From the IMG/VR virus record IMGVR_UViG_3300031760_000002, positions 64,001-128,000 of that record: DNA of 64,000 nucleotides. One strand, written 5' to 3'. Position numbers and translations under genes: made by a program. The notes beneath the pieces were generated by a model. The model made no database searches, was not told the DNA's origin, and saw nothing but the letters and a program-made list of their open reading frames with translations. The DNA is from a virus. Taxonomy: Duplodnaviria > Caudoviricetes. This document shows positions 57,084-64,000 of this stretch, piece by piece (positions within the stretch are counted from its first letter, which is position 1; each line of letters starts with the position of its first letter).

Positions 57084-57578
57084 CTAAATCCCGTACGAAG
57101 ACGCGCCGTACGATCCGGTCATTCCCCTGAAGAAGCTCGCAAGGTCTTCGACGCCGGACCCGGACTGGTCCTTCGATTCCGACGGAAGCACGTCGGGGTA
57201 TTCAACGCGCAGGCCATTGATCAGCTCCACCCGCTGGCTCAGCATCTCCTTTACCTTGGATACGGGGACTGACCCCTTGGATGCCAGGAACCCGGCGGCC
57301 TCCGCCATGGACTGGAACTCCGACTCCGAGCCGTCGGTATCGTACACGACGACCTTGGTGCCCGACGCAAGCTTGTCCAGCCCGTCCATCATGCGGCGGA
57401 AATCGAACGAAGCCTTCTTCATGTCGGAATGCTTCGTCCTGGCGAAATGCTCCGCATCCTCGTCCGATATATGCTCGGCGACCTGCCGTATCTTCTTCGG
57501 GGCGTGCTTGAGCTTTCCGCGCTTGTACGCGGTTACCATTCCGAAAAGGCGCTGCTGCGATGGTGACTTGGCCGGCAT
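57084..57578 (-). CDS. DUF3008-like N-domain plus NUMOD1-like DNA-binding domain
   Basis: MPAKSPSQQRLFG..HFARTKH, then KVVVYDTDG..EFQSMAEAAGFL. GAGG RBS. Confidence 0.55.
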   Translation of the reverse strand: MPAKSPSQQRLFGMVTAYKRGKLKHAPKKIRQVAEHISDEDAEHFARTKHSDMKKASFDFRRMMDGLDKLASGTKVVVYDTDGSESEFQSMAEAAGFLASKGSVPVSKVKEMLSQRVELINGLRVEYPDVLPSESKDQSGSGVEDLASFFRGMTGSYGASSYGI

Positions 57579-57599
57579 TTTGTACCTCTGTTCATGCGC

Positions 57600-57628
57600 A
57601 TTATACACAATACGTCACGAAATGTCAT
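57600..57628 (-). promoter_or_regulatory. Sigma70-type promoter at the start of the head/RNAP block
   Basis: ATGACA-N17-TATAAT, with TGTG immediately upstream of the -10. Confidence 0.65.
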
Positions 57629-58172
57629 TAGATTCGTCGTTGGAATCGCCGGCGCCGCCGTAAATCCTCGCCGCCCTGATCCGCTCGGCCATTCCCCGGT
57701 CCCCGGCAAGCCTTGCATAGTCCTCCGCCGCGGCAAGGTATCCTATTGCCTTGGCCTTGTTTGAATCGATGTCCATGCCGGCGCCGGACGCATTGTCCAC
57801 CAGGGACAGCAGCAAGCCCTCGGCGTCCAGGTTGCAATCGCCGAACAGCTCTCCTATTGCGACGCGGCACATGTCCGACACCTCGGTGCATTTCAAAGCC
57901 TCGGCATGCTCCTTGGCGCACAGCAGGTTTCCAAGGCATAGAAGCTTCTCCGCCTGCCTGGATCTGTCCTCGTTGTATTCTACGAACTGCCTGTACGCGG
58001 CAGATATATGCTTAGCCAGGCAATTCCAGCATGCCAACGGGCTCTTCCCATCCCTAAGCTCGACTGGTATGTAGGCGACGTACCTCGGAGCCGGACCTGA
58101 CGATCCGGCCTCTTCGGAAAACGCCTTCGCCATGCGGGCTTCGGCCGATTTCTTGGAACAATTGCAAGACAT
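57615..58172 (-). CDS. Cys-rich hypothetical protein with C-terminal DSNDESND
   Basis: MSCNC start, CWNCLAKH motif and an internally duplicated (L/I)GxLxxAxxxA helix. Confidence 0.6.
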   Translation of the reverse strand: MSCNCSKKSAEARMAKAFSEEAGSSGPAPRYVAYIPVELRDGKSPLACWNCLAKHISAAYRQFVEYNEDRSRQAEKLLCLGNLLCAKEHAEALKCTEVSDMCRVAIGELFGDCNLDAEGLLLSLVDNASGAGMDIDSNKAKAIGYLAAAEDYARLAGDRGMAERIRAARIYGGAGDSNDESNDIS

Positions 58173-58176
58173 GTCT

Positions 58177-59154
58177 CTACAAACCAGTTGGAATTGCAAC
58201 CTGCAGGGATACGAATCCGATCTTTCCTCCAGGAACGTTAACCCCTACACTTCCAGACCAGTCGTCGCTGGAGCTGCTGATGGTGTATGAACTTGTGACT
58301 TCATCGTCGATTCCCGCCTGAAGTCTTACCTGGTAATACCACTGCGGGTCATATTCATAATGCCCCGGCGTAGTCCTGGTCCTAGGTATCCAATGCCTAT
58401 ACCTCTCATAGTCTATGCTTTCAACGTTAAGCGATATGCTGCCAGGTTCGCTCGGCCTTATGGACGCAAAAGCGGAGGCTATGGCCGCGCATCCATGCTG
58501 CCTGGATCCGCAATATCCGTACGTAGAATTGTACTTTTGGTTGCAGGTATGCCATACGCCTCTCAAATCGGCGCCGCATACGGCTTCTGTCGAACCTGAG
58601 TCGGGCTCCGGGGCACTGATCACCTTTATAGCCCAGTCGTATGCATCGTTATAAAGGCCCTCGATGTTGCACTGGGAATCGGAACAAAGCTTCGTGCCGC
58701 TTGGAAAATTCGGGGTTGTGTACGGAGGCTTCGGACCGTTAAACCTCCTTCCGTATCTGCATTCGCAGCCGGAAAGGTCGGACGTACACGCCCACTCCTT
58801 GAAAGAATCGGAATTGGACGTAACCAACGGAGAGACGCTGGAATAGGCACCATTTATACCTACGCACGGAAACTCCAATACGATACCGGACAGCAACCGC
58901 GCCTTGCCCATGAAATTGGTAGGCCACCACTCGTAGTCGTTGTTGTCGACACTCTCCCAATCCCCGGAAGCGTCGCATTCTGGACAATATCCAGACTGGT
59001 CACGCGACACGGAATACCCTGAATTTTCGAAATTTAACGTCTTCTCTATTCCAGACGTTATTCCTAAGTCTATCGGAAGAAAATCCGATTCGGACGGAAC
59101 CGTCTGGCAGCAGCATCCGGACGATTCGCACGGACTTATGATTTTTGTCCTCAT
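58177..59154 (-). CDS. Cys-rich putative virion/fibre protein
   Basis: Many cysteines (PCESSGCCCQ) and a Ser/Gly-rich beta composition. Confidence 0.55.
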   Translation of the reverse strand: MRTKIISPCESSGCCCQTVPSESDFLPIDLGITSGIEKTLNFENSGYSVSRDQSGYCPECDASGDWESVDNNDYEWWPTNFMGKARLLSGIVLEFPCVGINGAYSSVSPLVTSNSDSFKEWACTSDLSGCECRYGRRFNGPKPPYTTPNFPSGTKLCSDSQCNIEGLYNDAYDWAIKVISAPEPDSGSTEAVCGADLRGVWHTCNQKYNSTYGYCGSRQHGCAAIASAFASIRPSEPGSISLNVESIDYERYRHWIPRTRTTPGHYEYDPQWYYQVRLQAGIDDEVTSSYTISSSSDDWSGSVGVNVPGGKIGFVSLQVAIPTGL

Positions 59155-59212
59155 CCTAGTGCGTAAACCTTCCCGGCATGAGCGCCGCGACGCTCTGGAA
59201 CTGGGATGTTGT

Positions 59213-59890
59213 TCATGCTGAAAACTCCGGTGGCTTCACGCCGATTGCGGCTGCGGCTTTCACAAACGACGCATGCTCCTTCTTGAGGTCGAGACGGCCG
59301 TGTATCACAGACCACCCCGTCGGAAAGTGTATTCCGTGCTTGCCAGACGGGACATGCTGCGCGAACAAGCATCGAGACGCACGTCCGACCGGCCCCATCA
59401 TCACGCCGAAGATGTAGTCAGCCTTCCCGTTTCGAGTCCACGCATCGCAGTAGTCGAACATCGCACGCCGTGACAAAAGAGCGTAGGCGTGCGACCCCAT
59501 GAGAACCGAGCCATCCCACTCATCTTCAGATTGATCGTCGCACGGGAGCCAACCAAGCCGAAGCGCCACGTCGCCTCGATCCCTCGCAGCATCCAGTTCA
59601 GCCGGAAGGTCGGCCGCAGCACTATCACACGGAATCGCATCGTCCTCAAATACGAGAAGCGAGTCGAACCCGGCTGCAATGGCGTGGCGAACGAGTGCGT
59701 ACTGTGCGATTGCATTTCCAAGCTGGCCGTACCTGTAAATGCCGTCAGATGTCATTCCAGAGTGGAGCGACAGCCCCTTCCATTCCCGCACGGCATCAGA
59801 CGGCAGGCCGACCGCATCCCATGCCTTGCGGAACTGGGCAAGGCGGTCTGCATCGATTGACACGACGAATGCTGGTGGAAGGGCTCTCAT
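59213..59890 (-). CDS. Glycosyltransferase family 25-like
   Basis: FVVSIDADRLAQF, GQLGNAIAQ, LLVFEDDA, GSHAYAL and ADYIF follow the GT25 motif order. Confidence 0.75.
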   Translation of the reverse strand: MRALPPAFVVSIDADRLAQFRKAWDAVGLPSDAVREWKGLSLHSGMTSDGIYRYGQLGNAIAQYALVRHAIAAGFDSLLVFEDDAIPCDSAAADLPAELDAARDRGDVALRLGWLPCDDQSEDEWDGSVLMGSHAYALLSRRAMFDYCDAWTRNGKADYIFGVMMGPVGRASRCLFAQHVPSGKHGIHFPTGWSVIHGRLDLKKEHASFVKAAAAIGVKPPEFSA

Positions 59891-60147
59891 TAGACTTGTG
59901 CGAGCACTAGGAATCCGTACGAATTGACGGACATCGAGTATTTAGTTCCGTTGATTACAATGTAGGATGCTTCGATAGTGTCTGTCGAGACTTGAACGGA
60001 TGCGGAGATAGTGTTTGCCGAGACGTTGCTGGCCGAAACATCGTTATATGCGGAGAGGCTATCGCAAGTAACTGCGCCGACGCTTCCGCTCGCGTCCTCC
60101 TTGAGCACGCTGTCGCCGAACGTGACGTTCTTGAGTTGTGTAGACAT
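59890..60147 (-). CDS. Small beta-repeat fibre-associated protein
   Basis: AAAGGAGA RBS and VSASNVSANTISAS repeats. Confidence 0.6.
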   Translation of the reverse strand: MSTQLKNVTFGDSVLKEDASGSVGAVTCDSLSAYNDVSASNVSANTISASVQVSTDTIEASYIVINGTKYSMSVNSYGFLVLAQV

Positions 60148-60180
60148 TTTTGTCTCCTTTTGTTGTGTTGTTAGTTAGAG

Positions 60181-60837
60181 TTATTTGTCCTGGCCTACGA
60201 TAAAGTCAGCTCCGCCTTCTTTTCCGTAAAGTTGTCCGTTCACCTTGTTGTATAGGAAGCCGGTATTTCCCTTGCGAACCGGGATCATATTGAACATCTG
60301 GGAAGTGTCGACGGTCAACTTGAACGAGAACAATCTAACCGGAAGAGAACAAACATGAAGTACTGAGCCGTCTTCTTCGCAGACGCAGAATAGACCAAAG
60401 TTTCTCATTCTGATTTTTTTTTCTGTACCGTATTTGGTCATGCCATTCCCGTCGAAATACGCAGTCGCTCGTGCGGTGTTAGCACCAAACGTATGCCTAC
60501 TAGTATCCTCTGTTCCGAAATTGAAATAACTGGATGGCATTCCAACGCCAAACGCAGACGCACCTTGCTCGCTGGTCTGGCCGTTGATGCAAGCATAGAG
60601 ATATGCTGACGCTGATCCGTAGCTATACGAGTATCCAAAACCTTCCAACTGAGTTGTAATGGAACCTCGCAGCGTGTCTAGGTATTGTACATCCAGAGTA
60701 AATGACATATGTTTACCTACACCAAAAACATTCACCGGAAGACGAAGATACGTGCCGGAGTTTGCGGATGTCTCTAGATACTCGACCTCCGCATCAAACA
60801 AAAAACTGTCCAGCATGCTGTGATGGGCCGCGATCAC
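60181..60837 (-). CDS. Tail-fibre tip / lectin-like receptor-binding domain protein
   Basis: GTG start (GTGA overlap, AAGGAG RBS). FDAEVEYLE..MIPVRKG..LYNKVNG frame around a variable, lower-GC core. Confidence 0.55.
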   Translation of the reverse strand: MIAAHHSMLDSFLFDAEVEYLETSANSGTYLRLPVNVFGVGKHMSFTLDVQYLDTLRGSITTQLEGFGYSYSYGSASAYLYACINGQTSEQGASAFGVGMPSSYFNFGTEDTSRHTFGANTARATAYFDGNGMTKYGTEKKIRMRNFGLFCVCEEDGSVLHVCSLPVRLFSFKLTVDTSQMFNMIPVRKGNTGFLYNKVNGQLYGKEGGADFIVGQDK

Positions 60838-62072
60838 GATTCCGCTCCTTTCACGCCGACAAGCCAATGATTATCCGAAATCTCTGTGAACAGGACGACG
60901 TTGACACCTGCTCTGAGTTCGGAATTGAAATCCGAACCGATGTCGATTGTTTCCGTTGCCGGCAGCGTCAGTTCGTAAACAGAACCTGTCCCTGTCACGA
61001 CGTACCGAACGATGAAGTCACGTGCATAACCATCTACTTTTGGCGGGAGCAATAGCTTTATAGAACGTCCTGCGCTACCTGTGTCTTTGGAAAAGCTGTT
61101 GATTGCCCTGTCTTCAATGTCTACAACATACCCGTTGTCGTACCGGACTGTTTGCGACACGAGCTTGTACCGAAGGTCGGCAATGTTCGCCTTCCCGGAT
61201 ATGTCGGGTATTTTCTGTACAACAGTCCTCTTCTTGAAGTGAGAGGCGTCCCACGCGCCAGCCGCATGAGCCGTCGTGCACTCGTAGAGCATTCCGAAGC
61301 GCATGCAGAGCGCGCCGACGGCGTAGGCGGTCGTCTCGGAGAACGGAGCGGCAATCGCGTCTTGAAACGCGAGCGACCGCGTCCAAGACAGGTTCAGCGC
61401 CGCGTCGATTGCTTCCTGGATCGTGGCCGTTGTCGGAAGGCCAAGCTCGTTTCTGATATCGTCTGGCGTGAGGTTGTCCGACATCGTCAGCCCAACGGCT
61501 TCCGCAAGGTCGTCCCAGTCCTCGATTGGGCCATCATAACCGCCGCCATGCGTGACTTCAACCGTTCCGTCGTTCGTTGCCACGGCGGTTGTGTCCCCGT
61601 CCTGCGACACGAGATGGTCGAATGAATCCGGGATCTGGTCGGTGGTAGCAAGGACCTTCGTATCGTCCCTGGACACCGATATCGAGCCTACAAGAGTAAC
61701 AGTAGACGTATCAATCGCCACGGACGGAGAATCGGAATCGAAATTCTCAATGGCAAATCCTACACTGGCCTGGCTTCCTGCGCCGTCTGACACCATCACA
61801 AAGTGCGTCCCGTCTAAAATAACATAGTTGAACGTGTAGCCATACTTCACGACCTCCCAGTTGTACGTATTAACCCTGACGGCATCGTTCTCGAAGTCGA
61901 CGACAGAGTCTTCTGAGAACGAAACGGCATACGATGTTACGGTATTTGTCAAAGACGTACCGGACGCGAAAGTTACAATCGGTCTGGATAGCGGGTTATC
62001 AGGGATGACGACGCCACCGCCTCCCTTGGTGATGACCTTAAAGTCCTCGTTCTGCGCAAGCTTGATGTTCAT
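60834..62072 (-). CDS. Tail fibre protein with CBM5/12-like repeat
   Basis: FSETTAYAVGALC..GMLYECTTAHAAGAWDASHF. Confidence 0.6.
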   Translation of the reverse strand: MNIKLAQNEDFKVITKGGGGVVIPDNPLSRPIVTFASGTSLTNTVTSYAVSFSEDSVVDFENDAVRVNTYNWEVVKYGYTFNYVILDGTHFVMVSDGAGSQASVGFAIENFDSDSPSVAIDTSTVTLVGSISVSRDDTKVLATTDQIPDSFDHLVSQDGDTTAVATNDGTVEVTHGGGYDGPIEDWDDLAEAVGLTMSDNLTPDDIRNELGLPTTATIQEAIDAALNLSWTRSLAFQDAIAAPFSETTAYAVGALCMRFGMLYECTTAHAAGAWDASHFKKRTVVQKIPDISGKANIADLRYKLVSQTVRYDNGYVVDIEDRAINSFSKDTGSAGRSIKLLLPPKVDGYARDFIVRYVVTGTGSVYELTLPATETIDIGSDFNSELRAGVNVVLFTEISDNHWLVGVKGAES

Positions 62073-62317
62073 TCGTCGCTGCCCTCCTCTCGGCCTGGGC
62101 GCATTGGCGGCTCTGGCCTAGCCTTCGGGTCCTTCATTCCGATGGACTCCCAGAACGCGGCACGCTCCTCGGCGGTGAACTCGCGCTCATCGTAGTTGTC
62201 GATAGAGTCGCCGACGCCGAGGTCGACGCCGTCGCCCAGGACAACGTTGTCCGACTTGCGGACGAACATCCTGCCGTCGTCGGCCAGGTAAAGATTCGTT
62301 CCCTCTTCGTGCTTCAT
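62069..62317 (-). CDS. Small acidic fibre-associated protein/chaperone
   Basis: LADDGRMF..G..LGVGDSIDNYDE pattern between fibre genes. GGAG RBS. Confidence 0.55.
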   Translation of the reverse strand: MKHEEGTNLYLADDGRMFVRKSDNVVLGDGVDLGVGDSIDNYDEREFTAEERAAFWESIGMKDPKARPEPPMRPGREEGSDE

Positions 62318-62326
62318 CGCGTCTCC

Positions 62327-64000
62327 CTAGACTGAGATTGTTTCGGAGTTCGCCGGCCTGTACTCCGTCCTGAACGTCTGTCCGACCCTGGAGTCCGAGA
62401 TCGTCTTGTCCGAGACCCCGCTGCATACGACGACGTTCTGGAAGTACGCCGAGGAGGTCGTCGTTCCGGTTGGGTTCAGATACACGTTTTTGACACCAGG
62501 CTCCATCTTGATCCACCTACAGTACGACTTTGTAGCGGATGATGTTCCGAACGCGTTGGAGGAGCATTCGCCCATGAACGTGTTGGCGTAACAGCTGCTG
62601 CCGAATGTGTTGGAGTAACAGCTGCTGCCGAACGTGTTGTAGTTGCAGTCGCTGCCGAACGTGTTGGAGGAGCAGTAGCTCCCGAACGTGTTGGAGGAGC
62701 AGTAGCCCCCGAACGTGTTGTAGTTGCAGCCGCTCCCGAACGTGTTGGAGGAGCAGTTGTTATCGAACGTGTTGGAGGAGCAGTCGCTGCCGAACGTGTT
62801 GGAGTAGCATTCGCTGCCGAACGTGTTGGATAAGCAGTTGTTATCGAACGTGTTGGAGTAGCATTCGCTGCCGAACGTGTTGGATGAGCAGCTGCCGCCT
62901 AACGTGTTGGATGAGCAGTTGCTACCGAACGTGTTGGATGAGCAGATGCCGCCTAACGTGTTGGATGAGCAGTCGCTTCCGAACGTGTTGTAGGAGCAGT
63001 TGCCGCCTAACGTGTTGGAGTAACAATTGATCTCGAACGTGTTATAGGAGCAGGAGCTATCGAACGTGCTGTAGGAGCAGGAGCCCCCGAACGTGTTTGA
63101 GGAGCAGGAGCTCCCGAACGTGTTGTAGTTGCAATAGCTACCGAACGTGTTGGAGGAGCAGTTGCTACCGAACGTGTTGTAGTTGCAATAGCTACCGAAC
63201 GTGTTGGAGGAGCAGTCGCTGCCGAACGTGTTGGAGTAGCAGTCGCTGCCGAACGTGTTGGAGTAGCAGTTGTTATCGAACGTGTTGGAGTTGCAGCCGC
63301 TCCCGATAAACACTATGCCGTTCAACTTCGGCTTAACAGAATAGTGCCAAGGTCCAATCTTGTTTCCGTACACAGTACTCGATGCGGTCAACGACATGTC
63401 GACCGCATTGCCGGACACGATGTCGGAAAACGTGTAGTGCCACTGGCTCGTTGATGCGTCGACGATCAGCACCGTGCCGTTGACCGATATGTTCGAGCCC
63501 TTGTAGGCGAAGCATTTACCTGTTTCCGAATACGAGAACGAACTTACGAGCGATGAAACGTCACTTATCTTCGTGCTCGTGACATTTGTTATGGCCCATC
63601 GCTTGAACTGGATCCCCTTGAAGTCGTACGGGCAATCGTTGCCGAACTCGTCTATCAGCCTGTAGACGACGCCTTTTCCGTTCGTGGAATCCGCCCATGC
63701 GAACCTGTTCGTGTCGTTGTCCAGGCAATACTTCAGCTCCCAAGCCTCGAGATTGCAGCCGTCGAAGTACGTGTCTCCGGCATGCCGAATCGCATACGCG
63801 TTCTCGTTGAGCTTGTTGGTCGAGTCGGCTCTGACGATGATGTCGAAAGGATGGTTTGCAGACTGTGTGTCTGCCTGAACGGTTGTGGCCACATAGTCCG
63901 TAATTCGATACTGCTGCCCAGGAACTAGCGTCCCACCGTCGCGCAACGCCTTTAGCTCAGACCAGGTCTTCTCGACGACCGCCTGTACAAACGACTTGTC
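62327..64000 (-). CDS. Tail fibre/adhesin with NTFG beta-solenoid repeats (starts beyond the window)
   Basis: Frame is open to 64000 (DKSFVQAVVEKTWSELKALRDGG..LVPGQQYRITDY). Contains 28 nonapeptide repeats. Confidence 0.8.
   Translation of the reverse strand, partial: DKSFVQAVVEKTWSELKALRDGGTLVPGQQYRITDYVATTVQADTQSANHPFDIIVRADSTNKLNENAYAIRHAGDTYFDGCNLEAWELKYCLDNDTNRFAWADSTNGKGVVYRLIDEFGNDCPYDFKGIQFKRWAITNVTSTKISDVSSLVSSFSYSETGKCFAYKGSNISVNGTVLIVDASTSQWHYTFSDIVSGNAVDMSLTASSTVYGNKIGPWHYSVKPKLNGIVFIGSGCNSNTFDNNCYSNTFGSDCYSNTFGSDCSSNTFGSYCNYNTFGSNCSSNTFGSYCNYNTFGSSCSSNTFGGSCSYSTFDSSCSYNTFEINCYSNTLGGNCSYNTFGSDCSSNTLGGICSSNTFGSNCSSNTLGGSCSSNTFGSECYSNTFDNNCLSNTFGSECYSNTFGSDCSSNTFDNNCSSNTFGSGCNYNTFGGYCSSNTFGSYCSSNTFGSDCNYNTFGSSCYSNTFGSSCYANTFMGECSSNAFGTSSATKSYCRWIKMEPGVKNVYLNPTGTTTSSAYFQNVVVCSGVSDKTISDSRVGQTFRTEYRPANSETISV
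62545..63300 (-). repeat. 27-nt coding tandem repeat, about 28 copies (xNTFGxxCx)
   Basis: Near-invariant core AACACGTT with variable flanking codons. Confidence 0.9.

Noticed and set aside
62545-63300. CRISPR-like array
   Set aside because: The period is 27 nt, in frame and coding. The 'spacers' resemble each other and there are no cas genes.
347-63878. Many long + strand ORFs (for example 25678..27786, 39640..42021, 5936..7552, 54838..56391)
   Set aside because: They are antisense shadows of GC3-biased minus-strand genes, with atypical composition and no recognisable motifs.
60181-64000. Diversity-generating retroelement
   Set aside because: No reverse transcriptase or separate template repeat is visible in this window. 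Kept only as a testable possibility.
1-64000. Stop-codon reassignment as seen in some large phages
   Set aside because: TAA, TAG and TGA all end genes cleanly, and coding density is near complete under code 11.

Overview
The whole window is one co-oriented (minus-strand), tightly packed morphogenesis region of a large, probably jumbo, contractile-tailed phage that uses the standard genetic code. In transcription order (right to left) it holds: tail-fibre/receptor-binding genes and a GT25 glycosyltransferase (64-57.6 kb); small head/internal proteins (57.6-52.2 kb); a phage-encoded bacterial-type multisubunit RNA polymerase with an unusual cut, beta fused to the N-half of beta' (with the DFDGD site, no Zn ribbon) plus a separate beta' C-half (52.2-46 kb); more internal head proteins including a MurG-like glycosyltransferase; prohead protease, scaffold, decoration and major capsid protein (34.7-30 kb); neck, sheath, tube, spike, tail chaperone with a canonical -1 frameshift, and tape measure (29.6-17.4 kb); hub, a sigma-70-family gene, baseplate wedge genes and five tandem paralogous baseplate/fibre proteins (16.4-0 kb). 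Three protein-level signal systems stand out: (i) K-x-A/G motifs throughout head proteins, probably protease sites; (ii) a shared N-terminal GFxxKCAExG leader, a putative capsid-targeting propeptide; (iii) a recurrent D-S-N-D tag in nine mostly tail/baseplate proteins, a candidate modification sequon next to two phage glycosyltransferases. No portal, terminase, RNAP alpha, tRNA, rRNA or CRISPR was recognised. All product calls come from motifs and synteny read by eye, not from database searches.
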